Below are positions 63,405 through 64,000 of a stretch of 64,000 nucleotides of DNA, in pieces. The notes beneath the pieces are model-generated. The model was given only the letters and a program-made list of their open reading frames with translations, did not search any database and had not been told where the DNA came from. The position numbers were made by a program, and so were the translations under genes. Within the stretch, counting starts at the first letter, position 1. Every line of letters starts with the position of its first letter. Origin of the DNA: Octopus sinensis (lineage: Eukaryota); contig NC_043021.1 of the NCBI RefSeq assembly GCF_006345805.1, positions 17,174,001 through 17,238,000 of the forward strand, read 5' to 3'.

Positions 63405-63920
63405 CTATGTATGTATACTCACTATATATATGTATGTATATTCAGTGTATGTATGTATACTCAGTGCATATATATAATCACTATATGTGTGTGTGTATAT
63501 TCACCATATATATGCATGTATACTCACTATATATATGTATGTATATTCAGTGTATGTATGTATGTATGTATGTATACTCAGTGTATATATATAATCACTA
63601 TATGTGTGTGTGTGTGTATACTCACCATATATATGCATGTATACTCACTATATATATGTATGTATATTCAGTGTATGTATGTATGTATGTATGTATGTAT
63701 GTATGTATACTCAGTGTGTATGTGTATATATATGTATATGTGTGTGTGTGTGTATAATCACTATATGTGTGTGTATACTCACTATATATATTCACTCTAT
63801 ACATATATGTACACTCTACATGCATGTATACTCATTATATATATATAGGCATATATACACTCACACACTATATGTATATGCTTATGCATATCTACACGTG
63901 TGTGTGTGTGTGTGTATAAA
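63405..63920. repeat. Compound minisatellite (~85-100-bp higher unit of TATG/TA/TG tracts)
   Basis: Repeated CTCACTATATATATGTATGTATATTCAGTG blocks. Confidence 0.9.
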
Positions 63921-64000
63921 TATATAGATTTTTATTATGTACAGAAGTACACTCGAACAAGCATGTAACCAATATTCTAAGTATTTTTTCATGAACATGC

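Larger units (their letters stand above)
13615..64000 (+). other. Putative very long first intron (no downstream exon recognised in window)
   Basis: Donor GTAAGT at 13615; the remainder is repeat-dominated with no convincing coding exon; small exons could have been missed and there is a gap at 29883. Confidence 0.45.

Overview
AT-rich eukaryotic (non-prokaryotic) genomic DNA saturated with microsatellites and SINEs; the repeat families suggest an octopus/coleoid cephalopod (inference). Almost all long ORFs in the supplied track are microsatellite or SINE artefacts. The only credible host-gene signal is a 100-nt first coding exon on + (13515-13614, METRKMARKVSLLTAGLLLTIIIHLCGLTNAIS|G). It encodes a signal peptide, follows an ATG-free ~510-nt leader, and ends in a perfect CAG|GTAAGT donor; I found no second exon, so the remaining ~50 kb looks like intron 1. 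Mobile DNA includes a decayed hAT transposase, a Tx1/L1-clade LINE 3' fragment with a CCHC knuckle, mariner/Tigger/hAT MITEs, a probable solo LTR, at least four tRNA-derived SINE families (one as an 8-unit tandem array), and a near-full-length U2 snRNA copy inserted in a SINE. The most striking unannotated signal is a set of about 14 minimal type I hammerhead-ribozyme-like motifs in five short repeat families, mostly abutting microsatellites. Their stems covary between families, most have a palindromic stem III, and several lie in head-to-head inverted duplications, as expected for non-autonomous Penelope-like elements. There is one 100-N gap (29883-29982). Repeat boundaries were read by eye and are approximate.
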